Below, piece after piece: positions 40,589-55,149 of a stretch of DNA of 64,000 nucleotides (its first letter is position 1; each line of letters starts with the position of its first letter). The notes beneath the pieces are model-generated. The model was given only the letters and a program-made list of their open reading frames with translations, was not told where the DNA came from and ran no database searches. The stretch spans positions 79,608,001 to 79,672,000 of the forward strand of contig NC_042997.1 in assembly GCF_006345805.1 (NCBI RefSeq). Direction: 5' to 3'. The position numbers and the translations under genes were made by a program. This DNA is from Octopus sinensis. Its lineage: Eukaryota.

Positions 40589-41289
40589 TATAATATATAT
40601 ATATGTATATACATACATATATATATATATATGATGATATATATATATATATATATTAATACGAAAAAACCCTCCAGGCTACATCCCGAAAATTCATTTC
40701 TTTGCCGAATTTCTACAAATACTTTTCAAAAATTCCAATTCTAAAGGGTCTAAACAAACCGAAACGCTGGGTGATACTGCTAGTAACTATATACATTCTT
40801 GCGTTTGTGTGTGAAAATATGAGTGCGAATATGCGTGTGTGTATGTCTGAAAGGTCATATGCGTATGAGTGTCCGTGTGTGTAAATGTGCATGTGCAAGT
40901 GTGTGTATATATGCTTTTGTTATTTATGTTTGTGCATCTGTTAGTGTGACAGATGTGGTCTTTATGAGTGCGGTAGTGATGTATGCTAGTGTAACTGCGT
41001 GTACCTATGGGTGTGAGTGTGTGAGAGAGTGTGTGTGCGTGTGTGTGTGTGTGTACGCGTGTGTGCGTATGCGCACGAGAGTGTGAGCGTGTGTCCGTGA
41101 GTGTGAGCGTGTATAGGAATATGTGAGGAGGCGTGTGTGTGTGTGTGTGCACATAAATGCTTTTGTGTAGATTTATATGTATTTATTTGTGTGCACATGA
41201 TGTATAAGGAAGCAAAATTAGAGGCTTGCAGGGGATACATAATGTTGTGGTGTCAGTCTGCGTAGGCATTTGTGGAACAGCCGACGTTC

Positions 41290-41800
41290 AGGTGGTATAT
41301 CTGGATTGTCGGCAGTCAAGGGTTTGAAGTTCACCAGGGGGGAATACCTCTGGTAGCAGCAATAAGATAGTTCATATTTCCTGCTGACAGATACTACAAG
41401 TTAATGGAGGATGTGCAGTCTTTCACGAAGTAGAGCTGGTAATTGCGGCCCTGGGTAAACAGGATGCTACCCTATCGACGATGGTTCATTCGATGTTAGG
41501 TGTTTCGTTCCGGAGGTCGCGAAGCCTCCGGAACAAAACACCCAGAGTCAAATAACCAAGAAGTGGAATTCTCTCTATGCCTGAATTTGTATGAGTGCAA
41601 GGGCTGTATGTACCTTCTCTTGAAGTCGTTGGCTGTCATGCCCGTGTAGTACATTGTGGTGCTATCGGGTGGTATGACGGTAGATCTGTAGACTATAGCC
41701 CTTGAGAGGCAGGATCCCCATAGAGCGCAGCAGATACATTTTTGCGCCTGTTGTAGTGGGCAATATTAGAAGTAATGTTATCTAAGCAGGCGCAACTCAC
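41290..41800 (-). pseudogene. Decayed PLE GIY-YIG endonuclease fragment (same broad type as 3365-4485)
   Basis: CLSRAIVYRSTV...YYTGMTANDFKRRY...NSTS...NIE*TIVDRVAS...RERLHIL across frameshifts. Confidence 0.72.
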
Positions 41801-41833
41801 CTTGACGTTATGTGGGTTAAAGAGCCTATATAT

Positions 41834-42425
<592 letters not shown>

Positions 42426-42990
42426 AACCAAAAATTTAACAAAAAACGCTACAAAAGGAAAATTCTTAGCTAATTCCTCACCAGTCAACGTCGAAAAGAT
42501 AACAACAATTTCTCGCCTTTAACGATGATATTGTTCACTTTTGGTGACACCAGCAGCGAGAAACAACTGGGAGCCACTGAGAAAAGCTAACGAACGTACA
42601 GGACAATGATGAAAGCAAATACGACAAAATAAAATAATTATACATATACGACGAAAAAAGGCCGTGCGGCTGGAAGACGGACAAGTATAGGGTAACGCAA
42701 ACGAAAATGAAAATGTCCTATACGACGGAAAAAGAGAGAGAAAGAGACAGAGAGACAGTCAGAACGAATAAGGAAGAAAACAAACAGTGTCGAAAAAGTG
42801 TAGGAATAGATACATATATATATATAGTTTTCATTCTCTGTCGGGTGAATTTCTTATAAATGTCTTACAACATATTTTTGCTACACCTTTGTACACCTTT
42901 GTAATTTCTATTAAGAAATGAAACTCGAGTAATGGGAAATAAATAATGGCAAATAATTTTGCCAATCTCCTGTCTTTATATACATTTACA

Positions 42991-43040
<50 letters not shown>

Positions 43041-43743
43041 GCGCGCGTGTGTATGTGTGTGTGTGTGTGTGTGTATAATCGGAGTAAATGTGCTAAGCAC
43101 TGTTTATGTATAATCACAATTTAGGTTAGTTGAAATATGTTTGTCACATATTTCAACTGCTAAAGGCAAATACACAGCAGTTACCATACAGAAAAAAATT
43201 CTCTCTTATGGTAAAAAGGTGTGAAAACAACCCGTTCGTTCACTGTCGCCCTCTCTCGGGAATCTGAGATATCGATGTCCTGAGTTTGTTGACTCTTGCC
43301 GACACACACACACACACAAATATACTTCTTAAGGAAAATGAAAAGTACTTAATGTGTTGTAAACATGTACATGGAGAAACATCATATTTAGTGGACACTT
43401 GTATTGACACTCACATACATACACATGAACACATATATACACACATGCATGCTTATATAAACGTGTACGCACGCACATACATATACATAGACACATTGAC
43501 ACATCTCATCGTTGTTGTTTTCGGCAATCCCTCGATTTTAAAGGATGATTGTCATCAGATTTAACTATTGCAGTTTTGCATGTGACAATTACAATTAAAT
43601 ATACTTTTATAAAATATAATGTTCTCTAAAAATTATTCCAATAATCAGTGGCAAACAACGCAACGCACACTCCTGATGTTGTAATGACAGTGAGCAACAA
43701 ATACAAATGATTCTGTTTTTATGACACTATGTTTAATGGATGA

Positions 43744-43910
43744 GGAGGCGCGTGGCTTAGTGGTTAGGGTGTCTGCACCATGATCATAAGATTGTGGTTT
43801 CGATTCCTGGACCGGGCGACGCGTTGTGTTCTTGAGCAAAACACTTCATTTCCCGTTGCTCCAGTCCACTCAGCTGGCAAAAATGAGTAACGTTGCGATG
43901 GACTGGCGTG
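43744..43910 (+). mobile_element. tRNA-derived SINE (family C)
   Basis: A-box tggcttagtgg, B-box-like gtttcgattcc, and core cttgagcaaaacact...gctccagtccactcagc shared with 62899-63130. Confidence 0.8.
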
Positions 43911-46194
43911 TGTGTGTGTGAGAGCATGCATGCATGTGTGTGTGTAAGGGAAAGAGAGAGCGAGTATTGCGAACCGCATTTTTTGAAATATATCGTTACT
44001 ATTATGTTAAACTGTCGTATGTCCCAATTTGGCCAAATGCGTTTTCTTCAATATTTAATTTTGCTTGCAATAGCCGGTTCTTTTGGTTAAACTATCTTAT
44101 CTCCAGCTGTTTCAGATGCCATGATATGAAAATCATACATAGTACAACGGTTTAGCATTTTTCAAAAGTGTAGTAAGTCCCACATACGACAGTTTTGCAA
44201 AAATATTTCTGATTGAAAATATCATACATGCATGGAATTACGGTTTTGTACATCCAACAAAGAATTATTGTTAAGCCGAAACTGTTGCTAGTGTAAAAAT
44301 ATATGGAATGCTGAAACTGTTTTCTAAAAAAAGCAACTTTTTTTTTTTACTTAAGACACTTTTGCATAATAGCAACAATATATATTAGAAGCACAACTAT
44401 ATTGATGTTTGATTTGTTTTATTAAAGACATTCCTATTTCTGTATTAGTTCTTTCTGCTAGGTTTGGGACAGTAACGATCTTAAATCCATTAGTCTCACG
44501 TTTCACAATTTTCACAATTGTTGTAATAGCGTTATGTTTGTGCATTCTGGGTTAACTGCAAACGGGCTTGAAAATAATCTCAGAATAACAACTTTACATA
44601 AAATTCCACGAAAATAAAAATAATAACCAGTAAAAATTTACAAACCGCAAAATACAAACCTAAATTATATACCTAAATGCTTGCACGTAAAAATATATTG
44701 TGATACCATGATATCGACAAATATTTATTGTTATATAATTTTGAATCCGGCGTTGATGATTTAAACAGTTATAAAATTATTAACAACTCCCTTTACAACT
44801 TACCATAGAACGCGCGAACAACGCGTCGGTACAACAGTTTGTTTAAAATGAGATTGTAAAAGCTTCGAAACGTGAGAATTAGGGATTTACGAATGTTATT
44901 CCAAACCAATTATTTGGGTCCAATAAGAAAATATGAAAAAATAATTCTTAATAAAAATATCAAACATTAACATAATCCAGTGTTAAAATCTATTTGTGTC
45001 ACACATACTTTGTTACACATGACAAAAAAAAAACACTCACACATATGTTGCGACGTTAAAGAAAGCAATAAAGCAATAAAAATTCTCCTCAAGTCATAAG
45101 GTAGACTGTGGGAGTAGGAGGCTGTATACTTGGTGACAATGATCGCACCCACATACATTTATGTGAACTTACAAGGACGCACACATATAGATACATACAA
45201 GCACACACACGAATATATTATACCCATATACATGCATAAGTACATGCATATATATATATTTATATATATGTATGTATATATATATATGTATATATATATG
45301 TATATGTATACACACACACACACACACACACAAACACACACATGAAAGTAACAGATAAGAAAGCGAGTAATCAACATTGCATTAATGAATGAGCAACTTC
45401 TTTTAGATTGATTGGTGGTAATGCGATACCAATGGTTTCATGGTGAGTCATGATGAGTAATAACAATTTTAACAATTATTCAACCACAGATAGAATAACT
45501 CTGACACAGCAGCCATATTTGTTAGGATGCATGTGAACGAGATGGCTAGCGAGATTTCGTTTAGGAACAAATGGTAAAAAGACAAGAGGTTAATGGAATT
45601 AGGGAAAGGGATGTAAATTATTCAGGGATTATTATAGCGGTTATTTCCTATGTCTTGCATGTTTGCAAGTTGCTGACGACTTTGATTTACAAATGCTTAT
45701 GTGTATATAACGTATAAAAGCTCTACCATTGTGCAAATTTACAATAGTTAATTGATATTCCGTCTAATGATATATACGGCAGTACGTAATGCACTAATAC
45801 ACAAATACACACATATATATATTGCAGTTTACCGTATACACGTAGTGAGCAGAAAATTGCTGGTGTTACAACTGAATGATAAGAACTGTTCAACTATATG
45901 TTATATGTATAGTATTTGTATTACAATTGTCCATTGAAACTTTGTATCCATGTATATACCCATATGTATATAAACGCAAGATTGCTCAAAAGTGTAATCA
46001 TACGTCATTGTCTGTTCAAATACGTAATTACGCAAAACCTATTTAAGATATGACAATACGCATTCGATTATAAATAGAAGTCAACAAGCTGTGAATTGTA
46101 TGATGTAAATTATAAGTGCAAAATATGTGGGAAAACATTAGGCGTGTTTCCGTTGGCTGAACTCGGTGGCGACAAGGTGGTAAGTAGAGTGAAC

Positions 46195-46345
46195 TGCCTT
46201 GATGGGTTTAGTCGACCAAATCGAACCCGGTACATGTTTTTTAAAGCTTGGTGCATATTCTTTCATTTTGCCGAACCGCTAGGCTACGCAGAGGAAGACA
46301 AACTAATACCTGCTTTCAAGCAGTCTCGGTTGACAAACACACACA
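46195..46345 (-). mobile_element. Old SINE family A fragment
   Basis: ttttgccgaaccgctagg and tagtcgaccaaatcgaaccc resemble family A. Confidence 0.55.
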
Positions 46346-46777
46346 GCGCGCGCGCATGTAGGTGTGGATTATAAAAGTGCTTTCCGTGCTTATGTGCTGA
46401 AATAGATTGATGAGTTTTTCCTAAAATACTTAAAAATTATTTTCAAAATATATTTTTCTGTTGTTTTTGCTTGAAGTTTTTGCTTGAACTAACAACTATG
46501 AATATTCAAATCAACGTGCAATGGACACTACTCTAAGACACTGGTCGAACTAGAATTCTTGCAGTTATCTACAAAGGATTGTAAATATATTTACGCAGTA
46601 TGCACAATGCTCTTAGCTAAACTAATTCTTGTGTTATGCTCTAAACTAATTACCTTGTTAAGAAGCTTTCTTACTAGATACTTATACTATTTACTCACGC
46701 GTCGATGGTATTCTTTTAAGTACATATCTTATGAGTTCTAGCGAGTCCATTAGGCTGTGAAGTGTGTGTTACATACA

Positions 46778-48110
46778 CAGTGCATTCCAAAGGTTTTTAG
46801 ACTTTTTCTGGAGAGATATTTATTAATTTCGAAGAAGTGCAAAACTCTAATTTCCTTGAAAGTATGATCCTCTGACTTCAATACTCTTTATAGCATTCCA
46901 GCCGACACTTCGTGGAGGGTTCCATGGAAGTCCTTCAAAGTGAAGGTGTCTAAAACCATTGTCAGAGCCTCCTTTATCTCCTTTAGCTTGGGGAACAGCC
47001 AAAATTGACAGAAAGGGAGGTTTGGATTGTAGAGAGGATGGGAGACAGTTTTGATGCCCATCTCTGTCAAATAGTTGGTTATCAAGTTGTAATTGTGGAC
47101 TGGTGCATTATCCTGGTGTATTTGCTCTGTCTTTTTGCAAAGAAATCTTTTTCTTAACTCTCTCAAAGCTCTCACAAAATACTCTTTGTTGACCGTTTGG
47201 TCAGAGCGAACCCAATGGATGTAGATGATGTCCTTGCTGTCGAAAAGGGGATTATCATGAGTTTCCCATGCTCTTCTTGGCCTTTTGTTCCAGCCGAAAG
47301 CAAACGTTTGGCTCATACAAGTTAATCTGTTACACTGCGTAACACGATTTTTGTCCTTGGTTAGCAACTGTTAGGGGTAAGCAACTGTTTGCTTACCTCT
47401 AGAAAGTATGAAAAATGGCTAATATTTCCTTCAAACTTTGCTTTTGTTACATTTATTTAAACTTTAAAGAATCTCTCTCAAAACATGGCTATGATGTTCC
47501 CCCACTACTCTTGCTCATGATCAGAGATGCACATGTTGTCAACTACTAAGGGACATGCTCAAGTGGATAAGGTCAAGCAACTGACAAACAAATCTGTTAT
47601 ATTCAGAAAATATTTGCTATAATGATATTTCTGATTCAGCAACTCAGTGCTGAATCTGTCTGAAATGTAATGGAAAATAGGTCCATTTCAAAGCATCTCC
47701 ATGTCAAGAAAGCTAAGTTTGAAAGGAATAGCAGCCATTTCCTTTGATTTTGAGATAGAAGCAAATAAGAAATAACATTTACCGACAAAAAAAAAAGCTA
47801 AAATTTTGTTATACAGCGTTAAAGTCTGGAGCAGTTTATAAAATTTTGTAGCGTTTTTTCCTAGTTTAACACAAAACTTGATAACATGTGGAACTTCCAA
47901 ATTTTCTTCACGCCTCGACTGCATTCTGCAAACTAGTCAACTGTGACAAGTAGTGTTTAATAAGGTTATGTTCAAAGTGCTGTACAGCCTCCTCCTTCAA
48001 TCTAGCATAACAAAAGTCGGCAGGTCAGCTTATTAGATGTAGAGAAATTACATACTGAAATTAAATTAATCTAGGACAGTTATGATTGTCTCCTAAAAAG
48101 ACGTCTCATA
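46778..48110 (-). mobile_element. Decayed mariner (DD34D-type) element
   Basis: HVIKFCVKLGKNAT near 47890, then QTVNKEYF, HQDNAPVH and HPLYNPNL..CQFWLFPKLK. The ends are approximate and TIRs were not resolved. Confidence 0.75.
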
Positions 48111-50328
48111 CCTTAAGGGATGCAACTCGTATATGCTTAATTTCAGATCTTCGCGCAGCCGATGTACGGCAAACTAAAATTCTTATATACTGGTTGGGTG
48201 TATATATTCCTCACCAATAATTTCATCGTCCCGCAAAACAAATGTACTCAACAATTTTCTAATATGTCGTTGACGAAAATGCTTATTAAAATATAGTACA
48301 TCAACTATACGTAAATATAATGTTGAACTTCTCAGGTCAATTGGATAATTTATGCTAATTAATCTATGAAGCATTGGTAACTAAGCTTCCGAGACAACAT
48401 GTAGAGAATATTTACGATTTTTTTGTTGTTGTATGGTTGAGGAAAACCCATGGTAATTGATGGTACAGTAAATATTCATTAGTGTGATAACATTTTGCCA
48501 ATTTCATAGGTTTTGAAACAATAAAGGATACTTTTCAAAATGTAGTTTTTTTCATAAATAGTAAAGGGGTGCTTTTTATCTTTTCTTTTTTTATTCATTA
48601 TTTTAAGTTATTCATGAAAGCTCATGTAATAGAATGGTGTTACCAAACAAATTTTGTGATGTTCACAGTCATTAAGAAATTAGAATTGTGATATAAGGTC
48701 TTAGGAACTGCTTTACAGAGTTCTAATAAATATTATACAAGTCTTACAAAACACATGAAATGAAAAGAAAGGCCCCAGATTTTTTCTTTTAAATTTTAAC
48801 TATTCTAGTTACTGCTGAAGAGAAAGTATGAAAAGCTTTGTTCATTTCATATCCAATAACTATGGGCAATATTTCAAAATGGTTGACATGGACAAATAGT
48901 GCCTTTTTTGATATATTTTGTTTTCAGTTGTGTTAAGTTTAGTCCTTGCATTTAAATATTATAAAGACAAGATCCTTTATCATCAGATACAACAGTTTCA
49001 TCCACTAAATTCTAGCAATTTATTGGATGCACAACTCTATGCATTGCATTTCAGTGTCACTGCAGCATGATCCCTGTAAAGATGTTTTTACTTTCAAATT
49101 TGGCTCATATCTGCAATTACCTTTGCAACTGCAGTGGGTGAGTTCCACAGAGTCACCCAGAACTAGTGGAAGCCTGCATCAGACAATTTTAAGATTCTTG
49201 AAACCATCAACATCCTCCAACTTTGGGGCTGGGAAGATTTTATTTGCTTCAAACCTTGGCGAAATAAACCTAGTTGATAATTAGCACTTTTTTATGAGAT
49301 TCATTAGGGAGTCTATGTTTAGAGATTGTAATGCTTCTACTTGTGTGTAATGTTGAAACATCATACTGGGATCTCCTTGGTCATACATATGACACACAGC
49401 TCAAAGCAAGAAATCAGCTTGTCAGATGGAACGGAAGTTGAACCAAATTCTTGAAAGGTATTTATATAGCGTTTGCTCCTTTCCCCAAAAAATCTACTTA
49501 GAGAATCACTGTTGAAGAAAGGATAGAATCTGACCCAGGCTGACATATTATAGTAGCCATGATGATTACAAAGGGACTTAACATCAAGAGTGCGGACTTT
49601 GACATCGCGACTAATGGAACTTTTGTCTACACCCCGTGTAGATAATGTGTACACCAGTGTCTATATGATAGCGAAACTGATGTGATGCCCATGGTGTTGA
49701 CTGATGAACAGCCTCCATCAGTCACGAAGTAAAGAGCCAACGTTCCTGGTTTTTGCATTTCGCCATTAGTAGAGGAGAAGAAAGGGGCTCTTATTTTAAT
49801 TATGAGCAAAACCAAAGTAACAACACTACCCTCTCTGTATCCTACCCTCAGATCAAGAGCAATGCTACGAAAACAGCTTCCCTCTTCACGATAACTGAAC
49901 ATTTTATAGTGTACTGTTTGTTGACATTGTACAAATAATGGGAGCGGCATGAACCAATTAGATAATGAATTGGTATTAGTCCATGTTGTAGGAGAGCCGC
50001 TGAGGAAACGTAAACTGCCATCAGATGTCAAGGACCGATAAAGGAAGAGGAAAACACATCTGACTTTCCCGAAGTAATATACAGTCTGTTATTCAAATAA
50101 ATATAAATATAAATAGAGTAGAACAATGACATGAAAAGAAGATAAAGCAATACTAAGAACTGGGTCAAAGTAGGACTGAACGTGATGAGATGTATGTAAC
50201 GCATTTGATGTGAAGGGTACTGACGTGGGCATGAGAGATTTTATTAATTTAATTGATATGCTCGAGTTTACCGAAGTTGAAACCGTTGACTCTAGCTTCT
50301 ACATATGAAAATGGAAGAAAATGTGTGT

Positions 50329-50384
<56 letters not shown>

Positions 50385-50689
50385 CGTGTGTGTGTGTGTG
50401 CGTGTGTAAACGATATTTCTTATCTTTTTTGGATGATCCTTGGGAAAGTTATGATGCCAATAACCCAGCAAAGTCAACTGACTCCGTTCATCTGTGCTAC
50501 CTTTTCAGTTGACTGGTGATAAATTTTCGAGTTTAAAACTTATGCTGGAAGCTGAAAATTCATTTACTATGGCGATAGTAAGGAAATTAACCTCTCCCCT
50601 TCTACATATATGTGTGTGTGCATATATGGACGATTGTACGCTTATATCTTTAAGTATGTAATAGTGTATCGGCAGCGATACTGGTTGTT

Positions 50690-51980
50690 TCTTTACCACT
50701 GTAAGTTTTTACAGGACTGGACAATATTTCGGCAGAGTTAATGAAATCGGGTGGCCAGATCATGGTAGAAAGGTTGACACAGTTATGTAACGCATGCTGG
50801 GTGGGAAAAAGGGTACTTGATAAGAGGACCAAAGGAATCATTATTAAACTACCAGAGAAAGAAGGTTTGAGCAACTGCCAAAACTGGAGGGTAATATCAC
50901 TATTGTCAACGCCGGGTAAAGTGCTGTGCTCAGTGTTGCTGTTCCAGTTGAGGTTTGTACTAGATGTAAAGCTGAGAGAACAACAAGCTGGATTTCAACC
51001 CAGCAAATCGCGCTGCGAGCAAATATTCACACTGCGCAACATCGTAGAACAATGCATGGAACACCAAAGAACACTAATAATAAACTTCATTGACTCCAAA
51101 AAGGTGTTTGACAGTGGGCACAGAGAAACTCTCTAGAAGATTGTAAAAGTGTATGGAATACCAGATGATTACATAAGTCTGCTTAGCAGTTGCTACAACT
51201 GAAGCTGCTGCATTAGAACAAAGAATGGAATCACTAGTTTTATTAAAATCGTCACTGCAGTAAGATGTTGTTTCTGATGGTCATCGATTTTTATGTGAAG
51301 ATCAATGGTGAGATCGGCTGTAGACATATCATGAACAGCGAGGGACTGGATAACAGACTTGGATCTTGCCGGTGACATTGCCATGATGGCTGAGAATCGC
51401 CTAACATTACGAAAAATGGCAGCAAAAATGGAAAGGGTAGTGGCGAAGAATTGGTTGAGAATCAGCGGTCAAAAAATAAAGGTAATACAAGTTGCAAAAC
51501 AACTAGAAAGTGTACCAGTGAAAGTTTGACAAAAACCAGTCGAAGTTATAAGCTTCACATATCTGAGAAGCATAGTGACAAGCAACGGTGATGCATATAC
51601 AGATGTAAGCTGCAGAATTGGCAGGCAGCGGCAGTATTCAGGAGACTGAAAACACTTTGATGTAGCAATAACATAAGTATAGAGCTGAATATTGGTCTGT
51701 ACAAAACAATACTGCCAACAGCGAGCTAAGCAGGTGAGACCGGGAAGATGACAGCAAAACGCAAAATGAACATCACCTGGGAATAAGCATATTGGTTGGC
51801 CAGGGACGGAGATAATTGGCAATGACTGACTGCCTGATGTGCCGCTCAAAGGCACCAACGGACCGAAGAAGAAGAAGAAGAAGAAGAAGAAGAAGAAGAA
51901 GAAGAAGAAGAAGAAGAAGAAGAAGAAGAAGAAGAAGAAGAACAACAACAACAACAACAACAACAAAAAAAGAAGAAGAA
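50690..51980 (+). mobile_element. Decayed RTE-clade LINE with (GAA)n/(CAA)n tail; weaker EN-like remnants may extend upstream to about 49400
   Basis: KGIIIKLP, NCQNWRVISLLSTPGKV, LREQQAGF, EQIFTLRNIVEQ and FIDSKKVFDS. The 3' end ggcaccaacggacc is followed by (GAA)n from 51865. Confidence 0.85.
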
Positions 51981-52037
51981 CCGGCGCAATTGTATGTCTT
52001 TTGTGTAATCTTAACACGTTAATATCACTCATTCATG

Positions 52038-52091
52038 ATGCAATTGCCCTACCTCTCAACGTGCATATACATGTACGCGTGTGTGTTGATA

Positions 52092-52123
<32 letters not shown>

Positions 52124-52270
52124 CCGGAGTAAGCACATAAATGTGAAACAAGGTGGAAAAAAGAGTACTAAAATACCAGCGGTAGAGTAATATGTCCGAC
52201 GAACGGGAACGTGAAACTCCGAGTAACAGCTTTTGTTATATTTCTGCTGCTTTTAAATAAAAAAAAAAAA

Positions 52271-52305
<35 letters not shown>

Positions 52306-52537
52306 TATATACTCTATTTAAAAGCAGCAGAAATATAACAAAAGCTGTTACTCGGAGTTTCACGTTCCCGTTCGTCGGACATATTACTCTACCGCTGGTA
52401 TTTTAGTACTCTTTTTTCCACCTTGTTTCACATTTATGTGCTTACTCCGGCATATATATATATTATGTGCTTACTCCGGTATATATATATATTATGTGCT
52501 TACTCCGGTATATATATATATTATGTGCTTACTCCGG

Positions 52538-52592
<55 letters not shown>

Positions 52593-52654
52593 TATATATA
52601 TATCAACACACACGCGTATATGTATATGCACGTTGAGAGGTAGGGCAATTGCAT
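52038..52654. repeat. About 617-bp fold-back containing a hammerhead-like PLE fragment
   Basis: Inner arms 52124-52259 and 52315-52450 appear identical over 136 bp. Outer arms 52038-52092 and 52600-52654 have one mismatch. Three extra ~30-bp tandem units lie at about 52461-52550. Confidence 0.92.
52193..52228 (+). ncRNA. Hammerhead variant (U4C core); mirror copy on - in the right arm
   Basis: UGU-CCGACGA-ACG(GGAA)CGU-GAAA-CUCCGA-GUA|ACA. Confidence 0.55.
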
Positions 52655-52693
52655 ATAAATATATATATGCATATATATTTATACAGTATAGAC

Positions 52694-52865
52694 ACAGGAG
52701 TGGCTGTGTGGTAAGTAGCTTGCTTACCAACCACATGGTTCCGGGTTCATTCCCACTGCGTGGCGCCTTGGGTGGGTGTCGTCTCCTATAGCCTCTGGCC
52801 AACCAAAGCCTTGTGAGTGGATTTGGTAGGCAGAAAATGAAAGAAGCCTGTCGTGTATATGTATA

Positions 52866-52950
<85 letters not shown>

Positions 52951-52953
52951 TAT

Positions 52954-53028
<75 letters not shown>

Positions 53029-53243
53029 GTGTATGTATTTGTCCCCCCAACATCACTTGATAACCGAGTGTGGTGTGTTTACGCCCCCGTAACTTAGCGA
53101 TTCGGCAAAAAAGACCGATAGAATAAGTACTAGGCTTCCAAAGAATAAGTCCTGGGGTCGATTTGCTCGACTAAAGGCGGTGTTCCAGCGTGGCCGCAAT
53201 CAAATGACTGAAACAAATAAAGAGATAAAAGAGTAAAAGAGTA
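52694..53243 (+). mobile_element. SINE family A, full length
   Basis: tRNA-like head, central (AT)n/(GT)n and (aaaagagt)n tail. Confidence 0.9.
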
Positions 53244-53774
53244 TGAATGTTATACATATGCGCATCGTTATTTTAATTTAATACTATTGCAGATGCGTGC
53301 GTGTGTGTGTGTGTACATACATTTTATGTCAATGTATCTATAGTTACATATGTATTTCTATAGTTGCTTAAGAAATTAGTTATATGTATGTAGGTATTAT
53401 TTATATAATTAAATCATTCTCTCACTCGGAAGCTACATACATCGCTTCACGTCATGTTAATGTATGCAAATGTCATTAGACATTCCTCTAAACAAATAAT
53501 TCCTACTTTCAAGGGAGTGATCTGATGTACTTCCTTTATGAGAAAGAGGAAATGTACTAAACATATATTTACACTATGGCATTAAAAGGGAACTTGCGGA
53601 CATGGCACCGATCACGTACGTTGTCGCGGAATTGTCAGCGTTTATACAAAATGTGTTAAAAGTGTAATGATGCCATCAGTTCTTGGAGACATAACTATGT
53701 GTACGTCACATTATGTTGCGCCGTTCAGGTGGTTCTTTTAGGTAACTAGTACCGATACGAATGCCATCGCTCAC

Positions 53775-53945
53775 GGTGTTTGATTGGTAGAATCGTTAAA
53801 GCACCGAACAAAAAAAAATGTTTTGCGGTGTTTAGTTAAGACAATTTCTGTTCTGAGTTCAAATCCAGCGGAAGTCGACCTCGCTTCTTATTGTTTCGGT
53901 GTCCATAAAATTAAAGTACGATTCAAGTACTGAATTATGGTGACC
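53775..53945 (+). mobile_element. Decayed SINE family B
   Basis: ggtagaatcgttaaagcacc...gttctgagttcaaatcc...gtcgacc resembles 15626-15840. Confidence 0.6.
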
Positions 53946-54019
53946 TTCTGTCTCCGTTAAAAACCAATATCATAACTGTCTTAAATGATCACCGATTATA
54001 TAGGGTGCGTATAATTATA

Positions 54020-55116
54020 CAGGGTGCGTAAGATATTTCAGGACAGATTTGTGTTTATATAATAACAGATAATAACTTTGTTTATCAAAAGTGCTATGAG
54101 GATAAAAATAAACCTTCTTTTCTATAATGTTGATCAATAAAGCCACCTTCAGCTTTAACAACTGTTTCTATATAAGATCTAAATCATCTACATGCTCGAA
54201 TCAAGTGGTCCTGGTTCATTTTGGACATTACTCTGACTATGGCAGCTTTCAAAGAATTTTTGGCATTATGGGCATGTTCACTGATCTCTCTCTCAACAAC
54301 GCTCCACGTGTAATAGGCCAACGGATTGAGATCTGGGGAATTGGGAGGTCAAATGTTAGGGGTTATGTGATCATGAAAATTTTCAACCATCCATTCCTGT
54401 GTTACTAGAGCCATGTGTGATAGTGCAGAGTCTTACTGAAGCACATACGGCCTTCTATTGCATACACTGTCTATCCAAGGCTTAACAATTATTTCCAGGT
54501 CCTCAATGTAGCGGTATAGTTAACTCTAAGGCCTTGTGGATAGAAGGAGGCATCACATGTTCTTCATTGCTGACAACCCCTAAAACCATGACAATTGCAG
54601 GAACTATTGTATGCAGAAGGGTCTGCATACAACCATCTGCCATTTCTTCTGTTAACTTTTTGATTTTGGTCGAAGTATTTCTCGTTGAGTTAAACCAAAT
54701 CAAATCTTCTGCTGGGTTTCTCAGTTTGTTCAAAAGCCTTTTAGATTTAATGTAGTGATTTTCCTTTGCTTTTTCTGACAAAGTAACCTTTCTTCATCAT
54801 ATAAGACTTATGTCTAATGTCATCGTGGACAGCGTTTCTGGCTGTTCCTTCTGACACATGGGGTTCTTTTGCAATTGACCTCATGGACCTTCTGAGATTG
54901 TAATCAATGGTCTGTTGAACTTGATGGATAAATTCAGGTGTGCTGATGATTTGAGAGCGTTTAGAATGCTTTTTTATTTACATTATTTACATTTGACGGA
55001 TATTTGTCCTCATCTTGTTTGTTGTTAACACAACGTTTCGGCTGATATACCTTCTCTTCATCAAGTGTCTTGGGGAAATTTCGAACCTGAGTTCTAATTC
55101 CTAAGGTATTTTTCGA

Positions 55117-55149
<33 letters not shown>

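Larger units (their letters stand above)
37046..40721 (-). mobile_element. 5'-truncated Neptune-like PLE with nested second pLTR cluster
   Basis: RT+EN ORF on -, a decayed HHR at 37251-37288, and terminal inverted segments at 37046-37108 and 40656-40721. Confidence 0.85.

Noticed and set aside
41330-41500. In-frame TGA in the PLE EN fragment as selenocysteine recoding
   Set aside because: The stop falls at a position that is Trp in the related ORF (EWSIL), the fragment has other lesions, and no SECIS-like hairpin was seen.
44800-44840. Possible Helitron 3' end (acgcgcgaacaacgcgtcggtacaacagt)
   Set aside because: The hairpin is imperfect, there is no CTRR terminus and no 5' end was identified.
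52461-52550. CRISPR-like short repeats separated by short spacers
   Set aside because: The spacers are just (TA)n, the context is eukaryotic and there are no cas genes. It is a tandem amplification of a PLE-like terminus.
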